DNA of 61,415 nt, filler included, from Catajapyx aquilonaris (lineage: Eukaryota), in NCBI GenBank assembly GCA_000934665.2. It is 4 parts of 4 records of this genome, joined end to end, with 100 filler letters (N's around TTAATTAATTAA, not from the genome) between each part and the next. Parts side by side here need not be neighbours in the genome. Positions count along the whole stretch, not along the records: positions 30,751 to 46,029 come from JYFJ02007545.1; positions 46,130 to 61,415 come from JYFJ02007546.1; 2 more parts are not named here. The stretch is one strand, 5' to 3'. Position 1 is the first letter of the stretch; every line of letters starts with the position of its first letter. The translations under genes were made by a program, and so were the position numbers. Of the stretch, positions 44,501 through 56,319 are shown piece by piece. The notes beneath the pieces are model-generated. The model saw nothing but the letters and a program-made list of their open reading frames with translations, was not told the origin of the DNA and did no database searches.

Positions 44501-45652
44501 ACTCTTGACTCCATGCAGTACCTTTGCACACATTTTAATTAATCTGCACAGATTTTTTTGTTGCTATCTGAGTGTCGTGAACCAGGCCAATGACCTCTTT
44601 TTTTGTTTCATTTTGAATGATACAAGAGTCGCTTTCCAGTTGAAGTGTAGTGTCGCATCGTTTGTTTTGAACATATAGTATCATGTACCGTATTGTATGT
44701 TGGAAGGGAAGAGGGATGCATGTGAGTTAATGTACATTTATTCAGTTTGTTGTTAGCTAAGTAATATTCATTATGCAGTTGCTTCCATAACATGTGGGAC
44801 TCCTTATTTCGACTGAGGGGTGTGGCATTAATGCAATCATTGTCACACAGTTAATTGCAACAACTGAATTTGACTCATATTATTGAAAAGTTGTTCTTTT
44901 TGTTCTTCAAGGTTCACTTTGCCGAAGGAGGTGAACCACATCCCACCCCGAGTGATAGTCAGCAATTTTCCCCATCAACTGGAGACTCTGGTGACTTCCA
45001 GTCACCCAGCATGAAGAGTGAGTGTGCATGCGAAACAGAACCAGAAGGAGGTTATGCTCCCGACGTCAAGCTTTACTCATCTGAGCCTTTCTACACCGCA
45101 CCCAAATCCGACTCTCTCCTTGTCACCCGTCACATACTTTCAGATGGCAGGCAGCCCTTTATTCAGCTCAGTCCACATGAGGAGCTGATCTTCTCAAGGG
45201 ATTCCCCAACATCTGAGTTAACTGGATCACTTAGTTTGCAGAACATCAAGCCTCACTGCGTGGCTTATAAGGTGCGTGACTGCCCACTACTCATTTACTT
45301 ATCGCGAATGACACTATAGCCAAGACAAATAAGGGTAGTGCCATGGCTTTGTAGTCAAAATTACTGCCCCCAACCTTGCTGATTCATTATCATTTATTAT
45401 TCCCTTACAGATAAAGACAACAGCTCCCGAGAAGTACCGTGTGCATCCCAGCCTGGGAGTTCTTCGTCCGAGGGCAGGAGTGAATGTGGCGGTACAGATA
45501 CAGCCTGGATATCACGCAGCTTCCGTTGTCCGTGACAAATTTTTAGTGATGCTTTTGCCAGTGGACATCGACACTATGAGCCAAAATGAGCTTCGGGATC
45601 TATGGAGAGGGGCAAGCAGTGGGACAATCCAACAGAAAGGAGAACAGCACAG
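38503..45652 (+). CDS. MOSPD2: Motile sperm domain-containing protein 2 (CRAL-TRIO + MSP); 3' end with TM anchor missing at contig end
   Basis: Exons 38503-38590, 38845-38991, 39268-39445, 40308-40471, 40535-40785, 44912-45271, 45411-45652, phases consistent. Motifs DKFHPRDVKRI, YWLERLER, DLADTGLTNMDMNF, FYYPNYINYILVFEMPWIMNAAWKIIKGWLP, and MSP VAYKIKTTAPEKYRVHPS..RDKFLVM. Confidence 0.92.
39518..40093. mobile_element. hAT-like MITE with 8-bp TSD, containing an internal palindrome (~39750-39900)
   Basis: Flanks tctgaacc / tctgaact; imperfect termini caagggtgtatta / taattacatcactg; internal IR agtaagggcgaaagtcgc / gcgactttcgcccttact. Confidence 0.65.
41077..41262. mobile_element. PIF/Harbinger (Tourist-like) palindromic MITE, TAA TSD
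   Basis: TAA|AGCTGCGTTTACATGTGAG ... CTCACATGTAAACGCGGCT|TAA; nearly the whole element is a foldback. Confidence 0.8.
42633..43135. mobile_element. pogo/Tigger-like MITE, possibly nested in an older element (~42344-43403) rich in GCTAA/TTAGC motifs
   Basis: ta|cagttgactccggatataacag ... ctgttatatcctgattcaacgg|ta; the flanking regions carry many gctaa and ttagc motifs. Confidence 0.6.
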
Positions 45653-46029
45653 GTCAGATTCAGTTCATTGAAAGCATGGGAGCAGATTGGATGATATGCT
45701 GGTACAATCTTGCCGAAAATGCATAGGGCCAAGTGATGAAAAATAGTTTGCACACACCTTTGCACATGCATGTTTTGCTTGTTCATAATGGCTCATGGAT
45801 TGGACCCGATCCATGGATTACAGTTTGGGAAAGGCTGAACTACACCACTTAAGGTGGAAATGAAGCTAGAGTCACTCAATGAGAATTTTATGAAAAAAAC
45901 ATATGTTACGCAGTTTTGTGTCCTCTTATCAGTGGCGCAAAGAAAAATACACGTCACCGTGCAAATTAGCGAACTAGAGGGCTCAGAAGTTCGCGATTTA
46001 ACATGGGCCCTTATGGCAGAATTTTCAAT

Positions 46030-46129
46030 NNNNNNNNNNNNNNNNNNNNNNNNNNNNNNNNNNNNNNNNNNNNTTAATTAATTAANNNNNNNNNNNNNNN
46101 NNNNNNNNNNNNNNNNNNNNNNNNNNNNN
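46030..46129. other. Artificial contig spacer
   Basis: Same N44-TTAATTAATTAA-N44 structure. Confidence 0.97.
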
Positions 46130-46727
46130 CACCACCAGAAGCACAGCTTCAAACGGGGGTTAGTTTTTACAGCCAGTTAAACACTCCACTTTCCAACACC
46201 GCATTGTTATCGCTACACATACACGATAGGGGAAGATCCCCCCCGCCGGCTTAATCTTCCCCGCCCAAAACATGTCCAAAATGTAGTGCAGGCATTACAG
46301 GCAATCAACTTCAAAGTGGATGAAATTTGGCACCTGTTGGTTTACTTGGAAACCTTCACTGGCACTGGCAGACTGCTGCTGTTGAATACCCTTTTACTTC
46401 AGAAGTAAGAGAGACAGCTTCTATTTTTTCAAAAAAAAAAAAATCTTGGTTAGCTGAAGAATTTTCCTATTGGCATTTTTATAGTTTCTACTGCACTGTG
46501 TAGTTTAATGCCCAAATTATTTGAAACATAACATAATAGAATCGGCTATAGGCAAGTTGACTCATCACCTAGTAGGCAGTAGTTACCATAGCTTTCACTT
46601 TCCCCGTTCAACAATTAGAGGACAAATTAGTACACTAGTATAGCGCCCTGGTGGACTTTGTCCACGCAGTGACTCATCACCAACGTGCCTGTAGTATACT
46701 ATTTTCTCCCTGTGCATGCCTATATGC

Positions 46728-47068
46728 CAGGGAGCATACACTACATAAGAGGCGCCTTTGATGTTCGCGTCTCTCTGTTTGGGGCCGTTGCCAAGGCTGG
46801 CGGCCATCTTAAAGTGTGGGGAACGCCAACGGGGTATAGGGCACAGGCAAAAATAGGGCCCGCCATCTTTGATGGTTTTGGCGGCCATGGCAACTACACG
46901 ACAAGAACACGCGCGAATCAAAGATGAGGACCCTATTTTTGCCTGTACCCTATTTATACCTCGTTGGCTTTCCCCACACTTCAAGATGGCCGCCAGCCTT
47001 GGCAACGTCCCAAACAGAGAGATGCGGAAATCGAATGTTTGCGCCTCTTATGTAGTATATGCTCCCTG
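46728..47068. mobile_element. Palindromic MITE (CAGGGAGCATA termini, ~145-bp arms)
   Basis: cagggagcatacactacataagaggcgc ... gcgcctcttatgtagtatatgctccctg; second copy at 61234-61415. Confidence 0.85.
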
Positions 47069-47997
47069 CCTATGCCCTATACTGGTAGTAGCTTATCGTA
47101 TACTACTTGTGAGAGGGCAGGGCAGTGTTGCCAAATTTTGCCAACGGGTTCACTGCTAGTTTATATGATAGAAAAAGCCGGAAAAGCTTATGATTGGACA
47201 GAGAAAGTTTGCTCATATTTCATATATGCCCATGTATGTGACCAACCTACTGTAGTTGCCATCCTTTTCGAGTAAGACGGCTTTCAACTACACGCCGCCG
47301 TAATATATCTGCACCCGGGAGGCTTAGCCCCTAATCTTGTAATCCGCTGGTAAACTTCGGCCAATATTCGAACCCACTTCCCGTCCACCCAAATATCTGG
47401 CCCGAAAAAAAAGGCAATAGTTAACGCAACCTGGGTTGAAAAGATCCGCACTCTCCATTCATGAGGCCCGCACTCGATAGCCCTGGTCATATTCAAAAGC
47501 TGTTCCGCCCATCGACCAAACAGGCTTCCATTTACTCCGAGGGTTGGTCAACATGGATGCCTGGGTCCGGTACATAGAAGCACAGAGTCCAATGGTGGAG
47601 AAAATATGGAAATGAATCCCGCTGCGGAGGGATTATACCACCCCTTGAAATATGAATCTACCCGCGCCCTCCTTTCCACCCAATCCAGCAGCCTTCTCCT
47701 TTTGGTGCTTGTGACGTCGACACGAGACCGTCGCAATCCCTAAGTTGATGACGTCATTAGAAAACGAGCTCCCAATTAGAGCCACGGAGTCGTTAAGTTT
47801 CGGGTGTCTAATGAGATACGCGACCCGGGTCATGCATACGTGTGATTATAACCCAGGCTTTGGTGCACTCGGCCTAATCCGGTCTAAGCTGCCATAATAA
47901 GCAGTGCTGAAAGAGTAGCCAGCTTTAGATGATTTTTTTTACGAGCGAAACCGAGTGCGCACCACAGTTCGCGCAGCTTGCATGGTTGGAATTAGTC

Positions 47998-48660
47998 TAT
48001 CAATGATAGCTGGTTAGCTCTCTCTGAATAGCAGTGGGTGTACTGATATATAAGCGATGCACTTGTTTCCAACGCTACGCTCGATGGGGAATAATTGCGA
48101 CGTTGACAAGGCTCGGGAAAGGGGCAAACAAACAAACAAACAAATAATTGAATATTTAAGTGCTTTCAATAAAAATTTTTGTACCTATTCCCGTGTGGGA
48201 TAATGTGCTTATCAATAAAAATTTGGACCCTACGGAGTAATTCTGGCAACGTTGTTGTAAGAAAATGGAGGTGCGCGAATGTGGGTGCGCACGCGGTTGC
48301 ACTCGTAAAAAAAACAGATCTGCAATAATACTGCCCTCCTTTAGGTCGTCAATAGCAACCAATATTGGACAGGATTGAATAAAGTGGCGGGGGATTTATT
48401 CGCGGAAGTTTCTGGCCGGATTTTTCGAATGCGGAACTTCCCTTTTGGCATAAGGTTGTAAGTAAGGGGGGAAAAAAACCGAGGGTGGCCATTGATTGGC
48501 TAAGGGCCGAGAAACCAGGATTGGAAATAGATTGGATTGGGCGATGACGAGCGGTTTCCTGCTCCGCTTCCATCCGCGGAGATAGGTAAGCCAATCAATC
48601 GGGTGTGGAAATCGACTGCTTTCCGTACAAAACCTGTTTTTCTGCTGGAAGTAAAAAATG

Positions 48661-48731
<71 letters not shown>

Positions 48732-49252
48732 AACACAAGCATGGCAGCCCAATTATCGAGTTGCATTAATAACAACAACGGGTTGAAGCTTGATCAAAGG
48801 CGTGAATTTGGATTCCTTCGCGCCGGATTATTCCAGATTACCCGGATTAATCTCTCTCGACAGCTTTCCTAATGAGCTGGATATTCACTGAGATCTCCCG
48901 TTGGAATTCTGGGGAACATTCCTCGATTTTAATTATTTAATTATTTTTTTTGCGATTTGCGTTTGGCTTATACTGTAGAATTATTGTTGGAAATGTTTTT
49001 CCTAAGAAATTGTACGCTGTGGCGGATGAATTTCTTTTTACGAGTTCAACTGAGTGCGCACCCACACTCGCGCAGCTCTATTGTTCTGGCAAAGTTGTTG
49101 CCAGAGTCACTCCCCAGGGGGGCGGGGACCAAGAAATAATTCACACCCGTAGCATTGGCAAAAGTCGGCCCCAATCGTAGCGTTGGAAATAAATGCATCG
49201 CTCATATACCAGTCTACCTACTATACAGAGAGCTTACCACCTATCATTGATA
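47998..49252. mobile_element. Degenerate long inverted-repeat element with central (GA)n
   Basis: tatcaatgatagctggttagctctct..ttccaacgctacg (47998-48080) pairs with cgtagcgttggaa..agagagcttaccacctatcattgata (49176-49252); second arm pair 48241-48310 / 49035-49108. Confidence 0.65.
48663..48729. repeat. (GA)n microsatellite, ~33 units
   Basis: Direct observation. Confidence 0.97.
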
Positions 49253-49323
49253 ATGGCAACCGTGTAGGCCTACGCTGTGCGAACTGCGATGCGCACTCTT
49301 AGTTTTTTTAAATCTATGTTATG

Positions 49324-49624
49324 CAGGGTGTTAATCCTAAGCGTGTCACCAGAAAAGGTGGTGGTAGAGGGCGCAGGTGTGAGCATTTCTGCAAAAGGAA
49401 CTAGGGGTCGGAAACGCACCCTCACCGAGTCACTCTGCCGCGTGCCGCACGCTTCTTGCACACTGCATGCCGCAAACTTGAAACTAGGGGTCGGAAACGC
49501 GCCCTCACCGTGTTACTCGGTGAGGGCGCGTTTCCGACCCCTAGTTCCTTATGAAAAAAAAATGCTCACGCCTGCGCCCTCTACCACCACCTTTTCTGAT
49601 GACACGCTTAGGATTAACATCCTG
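49324..49624. mobile_element. Tc1/mariner-type MITE with ~110-bp TIRs
   Basis: cagggtgttaatcctaagcgtgtcaccagaaaaggtggtggtagagggcgcagg ... cctgcgccctctaccaccaccttttctgatgacacgcttaggattaacatcctg|ta; an internal third copy of aactaggggtcggaaacgc. Confidence 0.85.
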
Positions 49625-50851
49625 TATAGAAGGAAGGAATGTGCTAACCTAACCGAACTTAACCGACCAATATAGATACGAGGAACGTGTCAAGTAGCGG
49701 TTGACCAGAGGTGGCGACAGGTGTCTCTCCTGGGATGGCAAACCCCTTCTACTAGAACTGGAGGATTATTGCGATTCCCGTCAGTTGGCAGAGAGAGGCA
49801 GGCAGTCACAGGCGCATGGACGCAAACAGAATCAAACTGATTAGGCAATTTCCGCCCTGGCCAGGAAGCATGCTGCAGGCCGGCTAAGGCAATTTCCTCT
49901 CCACCTTCCCTCCTCCCCATCCTATCTGCATTCCCTCTCCCTCTACACAAACAGACATTCTGCAGGCTGTCATGCTGTGCAGCCCCTCAGATTCCTGTCA
50001 TTTGTCACTTGGCTACTCGTGACTACATTGTTTAGGTCAATTTCAACAATTTAATGTGGAGGACATCCGACATGAACAAAACACAACAATGCATGGACAT
50101 TGCATCGCTATTGCATGTGTTTTAAGCTATACTATTGCTGCTAGTATCGCTGCTGCTAATTGCGCTTTGCATTTATTATTCTTAAATTAAATTAACAAAC
50201 CAGGAATTTTGTAGCACATTTGAGGTCTGCATGATGCCTCCAGCAGAACTACTCACGATGAATCTCTCAGCTCCGGCAGTGCCCATAAACGCGGGCAAAC
50301 GTCGAGTTTCCTGTCAACTCAAAATAAATAATTTAGCGTATTGTCGATGAGATAGAATATGTGGTGTCCCAGAGGCGACATGACCAATGGAAAGTTGTCG
50401 AAATCGGAAGCAACACGTGTGTCCCTTGCGACAAATTATCCGCCCAAAAAAGGTGCAAATCTCATCGCGAGCTGAGAGACGCAAACAAATGGCATGAAGT
50501 GGTTGGTATAGTAGCCCCGGCGCCGAATTGTTTGTCGTTTCCCCGGCAGGCTGTGACGTAGCATGACGTAGCCCCATTGACGTCGTCGCAGCTGCAGTGA
50601 CGGCCAATCCCCCCTTCTTCCCTCATCCGTTGGTCCCTTGGGGTTCGAGAAGGGGCCAGCAGCGTCCTCAACCATGGTTAAGGAGAACAAGCTGAAGCGG
50701 GCTGCTCAGCAACACCAGCAGCAGGCGAGGGCCGATAGTCGTAAGTTTACGCCCTAAAAAAGGGTCGTAAATCTCCTAGATCCTAGATCATGCATGCGGT
50801 AGGCCAGATGGATTACTCTCAAGGCCCTCAAATCAGCATTACCCGCGATAC

Positions 50852-51278
50852 GGGGCACAAGCATCATCAAAGGGCCAATCAGACGTCGCCAGCTGGCCCG
50901 GGAGTAAGCTTCTAATAACGCGTATTGAAGGGCACAGAATGACAATTATGTGGAAGGACCAATAGGCCCGGGAGTAAGCTTCTCATAATCCGCATTACAG
51001 GGCACAGGGTGGCTGAAGGACCAATTGGAAGCAGCTTCATCCTGGAGTAAGCTTATCATAGGGCACAAGCAGTCTGAACAGACCAATCGGAAGGCGCTTG
51101 GCCCTGAAGTAAGCGTAGTTCAGGGCACAAGTAGGCTGAATGGCCAATGAGAGGCCGCGTGGCCCTGGAGCAAGCTTTTCTTAATTGGCATTGCACGGCA
51201 CAAGCAGGCTGAACGGACCAATTGGTGGCCGCTTGGCCCTGGAGTAAGCTTCTCGTAACTCATATTGCAGGGCACAAA
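50852..51278 (+). repeat. Degenerate tandem array, ~6 units of 60-80 bp
   Basis: Each unit carries CCAAT, (G)GAGTAAGCTT-like and (A)GGGCACA motifs in the same order. Confidence 0.85.
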
Positions 51279-52843
51279 TGGCAATTGCAACCAATATTAA
51301 AACCTGTGAAGCTCGTCACGGGGCACAGCAGCATTTGACTAGCACCCTGTACACTGTACAGGGACAGACACACCTGGAGATATCGATCAATCAGAATCCA
51401 ATCCGGAAAAGGCTGATCCGTATAAAAGAACAGCAGGATTGGACTGGAATGGGGGGAAAAAACTCGTGCAAGTTGGATCCGTGTCAATATTATCGAGGGA
51501 ACTGTAACATATTCATCACCGGGTTGAGTACAGAGTGTGACATAAATTATTCAAAAAAAGTGCGCAATGTTGGGATATTTTCTGGAAAATTATTATCAAT
51601 ATCGATTGGCAGAACTTACACGAGGATACTGATAACATTAGGGTAATACTACTACTCGAGGCACTAAACGTGTTTATATATTTTTTTGCGTAACGAGAGT
51701 AATTCAGTACTGGAAATAAGCGCCAGATTTGAAGGCCTCCGCTTCCGTTGAGGGGTTTTTATGCCTCAATAACGTCGGCAGTGAAGCTTAACCGGGGAGG
51801 CTTATGTTCCGGGCAAAAGGAGCCGGAGCCCTCTCATCATCGCCTTTCGTATAATATATAACCGGTAAAATAAACCCGGAAGAATGATGATACAATTTGA
51901 CGCCATCTTAGTGCCAACGCTTCCGTAATGGCGCCGAATATTTATCTCTGCCGGAGTAAATTCCGAAGCTAAAATCCGGAGCAGCCAGTTCCAGATTGCA
52001 AGCAGTTCTAACTTTCCAAGCAGATTCGAACGTACCCCTCCTTTTGAGGATTGACTCTAGCAACGAGTGCAGTGTATAATGAAAGAGTCATCTCCATTTG
52101 TGAAATAGAGTGTGAACTGAACTGTCACTAGTTTACGCCCATAGAGGGGGGAAAAAAATATTTTGCTAATCGACCACTTCATTACTAATGTTACGGGCCC
52201 ATTAGCACTGTCACACGGTGCTGTAAGAGGTGGCATGCAGGACAAGCACTTTACCCGCTTTCATGTGTTAACGAAGACACTTATTAGCAATACCACACTG
52301 TAACAACTATTGGCATTAAACATCAACGATTTGACCAATACTTTGCAGGAGTTAAAATGCAACCTAATATTATCATTTTGGAGCAAACCTTTTAGGCAAA
52401 ATGGCGACCATAACTGTGAGGATTCCCGATGGGATTCCCCTCTCGGATTTCTAAATAATGAATCGGCCGGAAATCCCGCTGATTCGCAGGGTTTCATAAC
52501 ATATACTGCACTGTATAGCCCCGCAGGAATGTCTGGAACAGTAATTGCAACTGCAGACCTCTTACCCCCCCTCTCTCCCCATCCAAAATGTCCACCTGAG
52601 GGCCAGTCTGGTCCAGATGAGCCTCTCAAACTCGTGCAATTTAACCCCCCCTTCCTACAACTCCCCATTTTCCCTCAGGAATATAACCCAAGTCCGGGAT
52701 AAAAGTCCTGCAGACGTAACCTGTAGCACCTAAAAAAAGCCTCTCAGGGAACTGCGGACCAGTACAGATCAGGACAAAAATGTTACCATTAGGCCTCCTA
52801 ATCCGGATTGACAATCACGATCCTGTTCCGGAACAGTGTTTAA

Positions 52844-53236
52844 AGGGACACTCCACTCAAAAAACAAGTTAGGCTCTTAAAATCGGGCAAAAAATCCTGA
52901 ATCCGAAGGTGCAATCCGTTTTTCGCTACGTGGAACGGTAATCCCAGGGCGAGACCAGTGCGCTAGAAGCTGGCTGTCCGCCAGCGACACCATCGGGACC
53001 TTGGGAACTGGAGGGCTGCTCCCGCCTGCCCGCGCGCTTAGGCCCATCCCAGAGCGGTGCAGCCCTCCAGTTCCCCTGTTCCCCGCGTGGCGGCGCCACT
53101 CATTAGCAGACGACACACTTTGACACCTCGCCCTGGGATTACCGTTCCGCGTAGCGAAAAACGAATTGCACCTTCGGATTCAGGATTTTTTGCCCGATTT
53201 GTAGAGCCAAACTTGTTTTTTGAGTGGAGTGTTCCT
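52844..53236. mobile_element. MITE with TTAA TSD and purine termini (Kolobok-like), ~110-bp TIRs
   Basis: TTAA|AGGGACACTCCACTCAAAAAACAAG ... CTTGTTTTTTGAGTGGAGTGTTCCT|TTAA. Confidence 0.8.
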
Positions 53237-54374
53237 TTAAGGTGAATTACCATTATTAAACATCTTGTTCGCATCCAATCCATCGCAATATCTCAGGTTC
53301 GCGGTTGGCAAAGCCACAATAACGTTCGTTTGCCTGCGGCGCACAATGAGGGCCGCGTTGTTGGCGGATTCAAAACCCACAATAAGGGTGTAAAAATTAT
53401 GCAGGGCGACGAACCGTCCCTGGCAGGACCATAACAAGGCCAGTACTGTTGCGGTAACATAAAGCCATACAGCAATGAAGTTGTGGTAATTTAATTAATT
53501 TAACCTGATTTCATCTGGTACCCTTGCCAGATAAACACGTTGGACTGAACTGGGTTATGGATTGGCTAATCTAGTTTAGACACAGCCAATAATGACATTC
53601 GGCTGTGCCCCGGAGTGGGGATTAAGACGCGCCTGACACCATTTGGGCCTGGGAATGAGCGTAATAAATCGAAATAGTGCAATGTAGCCAACGGAAGGAA
53701 GCGAGCAGGGTGCTGCAACAGGTTCGCCTATAGATACACCAGCCGATAGTCGTTGTCATAGTATTTTGGGGCTGGTTGGCATCGGGAGTGGAGAGGAGGC
53801 ATAGAACCACTTGACTGCACTCTTGATCCTGGGACCAGCCCCTGGCTTCCTTGCGGCTCCGGACAAATTGAATTCCGGGCTTCCCTCTCTTCTCCGGGAT
53901 GGGCTTACCTGATTGGCCTGCGGTCTGCTCGGTCACTTGGCTCCAGCTTACCGAGAGTCTAACGCTATTAGAAGTCTATTTACTAAGGGGATGCGACTAC
54001 ACACGAGGAGTTTTAAAAGTTCCGACTGACGTCATGGTCTCGGTGGTCAGTTGGTAACACTGCTAGTGTGCCAGGTGTGGACCAGGCCCAGTGTCTTCAT
54101 AACCTTTGCCATTTGATATCTCCTGTCCAGGCCTTAGTTCGGCTGATCTTTCCTACGAGACGAAGTGGCAAGAGCAGGGGTGGATGATCAGGGGGCAATT
54201 CAGAGAGCTCCTTGACCTCCTTCTGGCCTCCTTGGTACTGTCGCTCTTTGTGGCCCAGCCAGGGCAGGGTCAGACCGTTATTGTGGCTTTGCCAGAGCGA
54301 GATGGACTCGGGCGTCACTCATTCGGACTGCCCCGCTCCGCCACCCCGACACCAGCCACTTCGTCGCATAGGAA

Positions 54375-54650
54375 CCGGCGCCGGTGGACTAGTGCTTAGC
54401 GCGCTCGCCTCTGGTCCCAAGGTTGTGGGTTCGAACCCGGCCGAGGTCGGTGACTTTTTTTCGGGTGGTAGAAAAGTGAGAGTGCGCCCTCCTTCGGAGG
54501 GAAAGTAAAGGCGTCGGTCCCGTGTGCTTGTGACATTGCGCGAGTGCACATTAAAGATCCCCAGAGTGACCAAATTGCCAGGAGGAGGACCACCCCCTGG
54601 CGTCGGTGTTGAGCCTTAGCAGCAGAAATAGGCCGACGTTAAGCCCCAAT
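54375..54650 (+). mobile_element. tRNA-derived SINE
   Basis: A box TGGACTAGTGC, B box GGTTCGAACCC, then a body ccttcggagggaaagtaaaggcgtcggtccc...ttaaagatcccc that resembles arthropod SINEs from memory. Confidence 0.75.
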
Positions 54651-55295
54651 GATCAGGTACTTCGTCACATAGGAAAGATATTTTTACCTTCAGTTATCAC
54701 AAGTTGTAAATTTCGTCCAAAAATGAAGCGTAAAATTTCGTCCAAAATGACGTCACTGTCCTGTAGTACAGTGATGTCATTTTGGGCTTGTGATTGGTTA
54801 TCTCTTGCTTGCTCCGCGGTTGTTAAGGCTAATTTGCGAGCGAAGTTTGGGGCCAAATTCCCGGGATTTACGATCAGTAGAGGAGTTTTGCATTATATAT
54901 CCGGAGCAGGTTCGTGCGAGCAGTGTTACCAGATCCGGACAAGTAGAGGGCGGAAGGGGTTTGGGGAGGTTGGAACCTGGTGAAATATGGACTAGACTGT
55001 ACTTTTTGGTTGGTTATGTGATGTGGGGGTGGAAAAGGGCCAGCCTGCAGCAGCATCCTCTCACTTCCTCTTTACCCTTCTACCCTCCACCTCTCCCCCC
55101 ATCAACCTCCACCATCCCCCCCGAATCGATGTCGACCCCTAGAGGGGCGTAGANCCGACCGGACAATAAAGTTGAGGACGCAATAATCGCAACAATAACG
55201 GGTGACAGGACTGGCCAATCAGCAAGTCCCATCACAGCGCAGGATGGTAGAAGCCCCTTGGCCCCTACACACTGCTTGATTGACGTCGCTACGAA

Positions 55296-55457
55296 CTCTC
55301 TAAAAAAATAGAGTTAAAAAACTCAAGTTGGGTTCTTTTTAACTCTTTTAAACCTTGAAAGTGGTCATTACCAAAAATGAGTTATAATAACTCTTTTTTG
55401 GTAATGACCACTTTCAAGGTTTAAAAGAGTTAATTTAACTCTTATTTTTTTAGAGAG
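55296..55457. mobile_element. AT-rich foldback MITE
   Basis: ctctctaaaaaaatagagtta ... taactcttattttttttagagag with inner arms taaaccttgaaagtggtcattaccaaaaa / tttttggtaatgaccactttcaaggttta. Confidence 0.75.
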
Positions 55458-56319
55458 AAGGATTCAGAGACAGCCGCGGCTCTTCATATATAATTTCATA
55501 TAATATTAGCAAATACATTGCCAATACAAATTCTGCAAATTCTGGCGTGGCCAACAAGTCGATCAAATCATTAACACGAATTTTTAAGCAGGATATATAG
55601 GGATGATTATGTTTGTTAGGATGGATTTAGCAGATTTAGAGAGAATAAACATTGCTGGAAGTAAATAAAAAGAGTGTATTTTGGCTATTAAATAACATTA
55701 TTTTTACATTCTGACAACAAAATATTTGAGAAAGAAGTCAACACATGCGCAGATCAATTTATAGAGGATTTGGGTATAATTTCAATCATAATTTGACACT
55801 GAAGGACAGACGCATTGGAGACGTGGTATTAGTAAAGTATTTCCTACGCCACCGTGACCGCGTCTCGAACGCGTCTGATCCTGCATTCTGATTTTTTTAA
55901 AGGTTGAATTGGCGTCACATTTGCTGTCATTGTTATGGTGACCGTCCTATGACATCAATGGTGACTAAACGGGGTTCGTCTGGCAACGCGTCTCAACCGC
56001 GACTAAAAGTCCGTCTGAAACGCTGCCTTCTGATGATCGCGGTCGAGACAATTCCGTAGTGTATAAACGGACTATGTATCACTGACTGCACATGTTGCGA
56101 GGGTCCTGCGAGTATCTGCAGCAAAAAGGTCGCAACTGCAATATTTGATGAGGGCTAGTGTTTCTTGTCCGTCTTAATTAGGCTACTTATTGTTTTAAAA
56201 GTCGCGAATGACGTCGCGTCGTCGCTCATCCAAAAGCCTGGAAATGTGCCAGCGTAGGGAACATTGCAGTTAGGACTTTTTTGATAAGCAGTACTATCAC
56301 TAGGCGTTGGTGTCAGATT

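Noticed and set aside
50852..51278. CRISPR-like repeat/spacer appearance
   Set aside because: Eukaryotic context with no cas genes. Conserved blocks are short and degenerate, and the linkers are homologous to each other.
51734..51762. Hairpin plus T-run resembling a bacterial terminator
   Set aside because: Weak stem, eukaryotic context and no associated prokaryotic-type gene.
54375..54450. tRNA gene
   Set aside because: A and B boxes are present, but there is no clean acceptor stem and the sequence continues into a SINE body. The same applies to 28520-28590.
46595..55152. Many 60-140-aa ORFs in contig 4
   Set aside because: Many overlap MITEs, the SINE or the microsatellite, mirror peptides come from palindromes, and none has a recognisable domain.
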